The translations under genes were made by a program, and so were the position numbers. A stretch of 64,000 nucleotides of DNA from Candidatus Pacearchaeota archaeon CG_4_10_14_0_2_um_filter_35_33 (GTDB taxonomy: Archaea > Nanobdellota > Nanobdellia > Pacearchaeales > GW2011-AR1). Where the stretch lies: positions 6,744 to 70,743 of the forward strand of contig PFOR01000015.1 in NCBI GenBank assembly GCA_002792635.1, written 5' to 3'. This document shows, in pieces, positions 62,243 to 64,000 of the stretch; the stretch's first letter is position 1; each line of letters opens with the position of its first letter. Below the pieces are notes generated by a model that saw only the letters and a program-made list of their open reading frames with translations, was not told where the DNA came from and did not search any database.

Positions 62243-64000
62243 ATGGTAAAAAGAGATGATTTAATTAGGTGGTTCTCTGAGTTGAATAATAAAAATGTAG
62301 ATATTGCTGGTGGGAAGGGGGCAAGTTTAGCAGAGATGTATAGAAATAAATTTCCCGTTCCTCCTGGATTTGTGATTACTGCTGATGCCTACAAATATTT
62401 CATAGAAAAGTCAGGGATTGCTAATGATATTTCCAGAATCCTGGATGAATTGGATGTAGATAATACCGCTGAATTGAACAAAGCAACTAGAAAAATTAGG
62501 GATTTGATTGAGGGAAGCAAGTTGCCTGATGATTTGAGGGATGAGATTATTGAAGCTTATTCAGTTTTGGATGATAATAAAGTTGAAGGAGCAAGTTTAG
62601 GGGCATCTGATATTTTAAGGACATCACACGAAAGGCCTTTTGTTGCTGTCAGAAGCAGTGCAACAACAGAAGATTTGGCTGATGCAAGTTTTGCAGGACA
62701 GCAAGAAACATTTTTATCTGTTAAAGGTGATGAAGAATTATTAGAAAAAGTTAGGAGATGTTTCTCGTCTTTGTTTACGCCGAGAGCGACATTTTATCGT
62801 CAGAAAAAAGGTTTTGAACATAATAAGGCATATTTGGCAGTTGTTATCCAAAAGATGATTGATTCTGAAAAATCAGGAGTTATGTTTTCTAAAAATCCCT
62901 TAAAGGATGATGGAAATGTTATAATTGAGGCTGTTTTTGGTTTAGGAGAAGGGATTGTTTCTGGAAAAATATTACCAGACCATTACATTGTAAATCCAAG
63001 AAATGATTTTGAAACTATTGAGAAAAAAGTTTCTGATAAGAAGATTGCCTTAGTTAGAAATTCTTCTGGCAAGGTTGGAGAAGTTAAATTAACGGAGGAG
63101 AAAAGTAAGAGAGAGGTTTTAAGTCAGTATGAAAGAAAGAGGCTTGCTCAGTTTGCATTACAATTAGAGGAACATTATAAGAAACCGCAAGATGTTGAAT
63201 TTGCAATTGAAAAAGAAGAATTTTATATTGTTCAAAGTCGCCCAGTAACGACGAAAACTAAGCAAAGTGAGGGAGAGATAGGTGGAAATGTTTTGTTCTC
63301 TGGTTTGGGTGCCAGTCCAGGAGTTGCGTCTGGCGTTGTTAAAATTATTCATAATTTAGAAGAACTGGGTAAGATAAGGAGGGGGGATGTTCTTGTTACT
63401 AAAATGACTAATCCTGATATGGTTGTTGCCATGCAGAAGGCTGCAGGAATTGTTACTGATGAAGGTGGTGTTACATCACATGCAGCTATTGTTTCGAGAG
63501 AAATGGGCATTCCTGCCGTTGTTGGGACAAGAGTTGCAACAGAAAAACTGAAAGATGGAGATGTTGTTAGTGTCGATGGATTTACAGGAAGGGTTATTGA
63601 AGGTAGGGTGGAAGAAAGAAGAGTGGAGATAAAGGCGATTGTTGAAACAAAAACCAATATTAAGGTGATTGTTGATTTGCCTGACTATGCTGAGAGGGCT
63701 GCTAAATCAAAGGCAAAAGGAATTGGTTTAGTTAGATTAGAAGGAATGATTGCCGAGAAGGGAACGCACCCTGTTTGGTATTTGAAAAAAGGAAAGATTG
63801 AGGAATATATTTCAATGATACACGATGGATTAAAAACAATGGCTGGTCACTTTGATGAAATATGGATGAGAAGTTCAGATGTTAGAAGTGATGAATATAA
63901 AAACCTTGAGGGCGCACCAAAAGAAGTTGAAGGTAATCCAATGTTAGGAGACCATGGTATAAGGTTTAGCTTAAAGAATGAAGATTTATTGGAAGCTGAA
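62243..64000 (+). CDS. ppsA: Phosphoenolpyruvate synthase (pyruvate, water dikinase), 3' end outside window
   Basis: Hand-translated frame is open to the window end. MVKRDDLIRWFSEL..DIAGGKGASLAEM.., ATP-grasp region, and phospho-His loop TDEGGVTSHAAIVSREMGIPAVVG. Confidence 0.9.
   Translation, partial: MVKRDDLIRWFSELNNKNVDIAGGKGASLAEMYRNKFPVPPGFVITADAYKYFIEKSGIANDISRILDELDVDNTAELNKATRKIRDLIEGSKLPDDLRDEIIEAYSVLDDNKVEGASLGASDILRTSHERPFVAVRSSATTEDLADASFAGQQETFLSVKGDEELLEKVRRCFSSLFTPRATFYRQKKGFEHNKAYLAVVIQKMIDSEKSGVMFSKNPLKDDGNVIIEAVFGLGEGIVSGKILPDHYIVNPRNDFETIEKKVSDKKIALVRNSSGKVGEVKLTEEKSKREVLSQYERKRLAQFALQLEEHYKKPQDVEFAIEKEEFYIVQSRPVTTKTKQSEGEIGGNVLFSGLGASPGVASGVVKIIHNLEELGKIRRGDVLVTKMTNPDMVVAMQKAAGIVTDEGGVTSHAAIVSREMGIPAVVGTRVATEKLKDGDVVSVDGFTGRVIEGRVEERRVEIKAIVETKTNIKVIVDLPDYAERAAKSKAKGIGLVRLEGMIAEKGTHPVWYLKKGKIEEYISMIHDGLKTMAGHFDEIWMRSSDVRSDEYKNLEGAPKEVEGNPMLGDHGIRFSLKNEDLLEAE

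Noticed and set aside
1-64000. The whole contig being bacterial, because of the sigma factor, DsbA, CopA, SD-like sequences and ATGA-coupled operons
   Set aside because: The thermosome, eL33, uL16 of L10e type, archaeal uS10, a C1-G72 tRNA-Tyr, 37/38 tRNA introns and the class III signal peptide are all archaeal. The bacterial-looking genes are best treated as acquisitions or shared families.

Overview
Visibly AT-rich archaeal chromosome fragment. Archaeal hallmarks: thermosome, r-proteins uS10, eL33 (L35Ae) and uL16 (L10e), tRNA genes with 37/38 introns, a C1-G72 tRNA-Tyr, and TATA-like boxes about 25 nt before start codons. The many small secreted or membrane ORFs and decaying genes suggest a small-genome DPANN-type lineage, but that placement is inference only.

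Housekeeping content:
- serS and a ThyA / dUTPase / DHFR-dTMP-kinase fusion / SHMT / formyltransferase-like cluster
- cyclophilin, adenylate kinase, an SNF transporter, cysteine desulfurase and a PfkB kinase
- an ABC exporter and PEP synthase (3' partial)
- five tRNA genes, two with long structured introns

Most interesting region, about 24.3-41.5 kb: a thiol/soft-metal envelope cluster. It holds DsbA-like proteins, a CopG-like DUF411 protein, rhodanese, DUF302, CopA and many short Cys/His/Met-motif membrane proteins.
- Three of its operons are each preceded, at an identical 35-nt distance from the ATG, by the palindrome TGTGAAACTAGTTTCACA.
- A membrane-anchored winged-helix regulator is encoded divergently from the first copy.
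- The cluster is split by a ~7-kb mosaic accessory segment. That segment carries 202-bp near-identical direct repeats, a bacterial-type ECF sigma factor, a RelE-like toxin pair and a tyrosine-recombinase remnant.

Other signals:
- a modular MITE-like repeat in four copies, one inserted in-frame in a Nudix gene
- several genes broken only by single in-frame stop codons or homopolymer frameshifts
- a class-III-signal (pilin-like) PKD/LamG surface protein
- a recurrent TG[NAFL][AV]V motif after signal-anchor helices

Limits: all calls come from reading the ORF track and sequence by eye. No homology search, HMM, tRNA or RNA-folding software was run. Hand-derived coordinates for small ORFs, tRNAs and repeats may be off by a few nt. 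No CRISPR array, rRNA gene or reverse transcriptase was seen.
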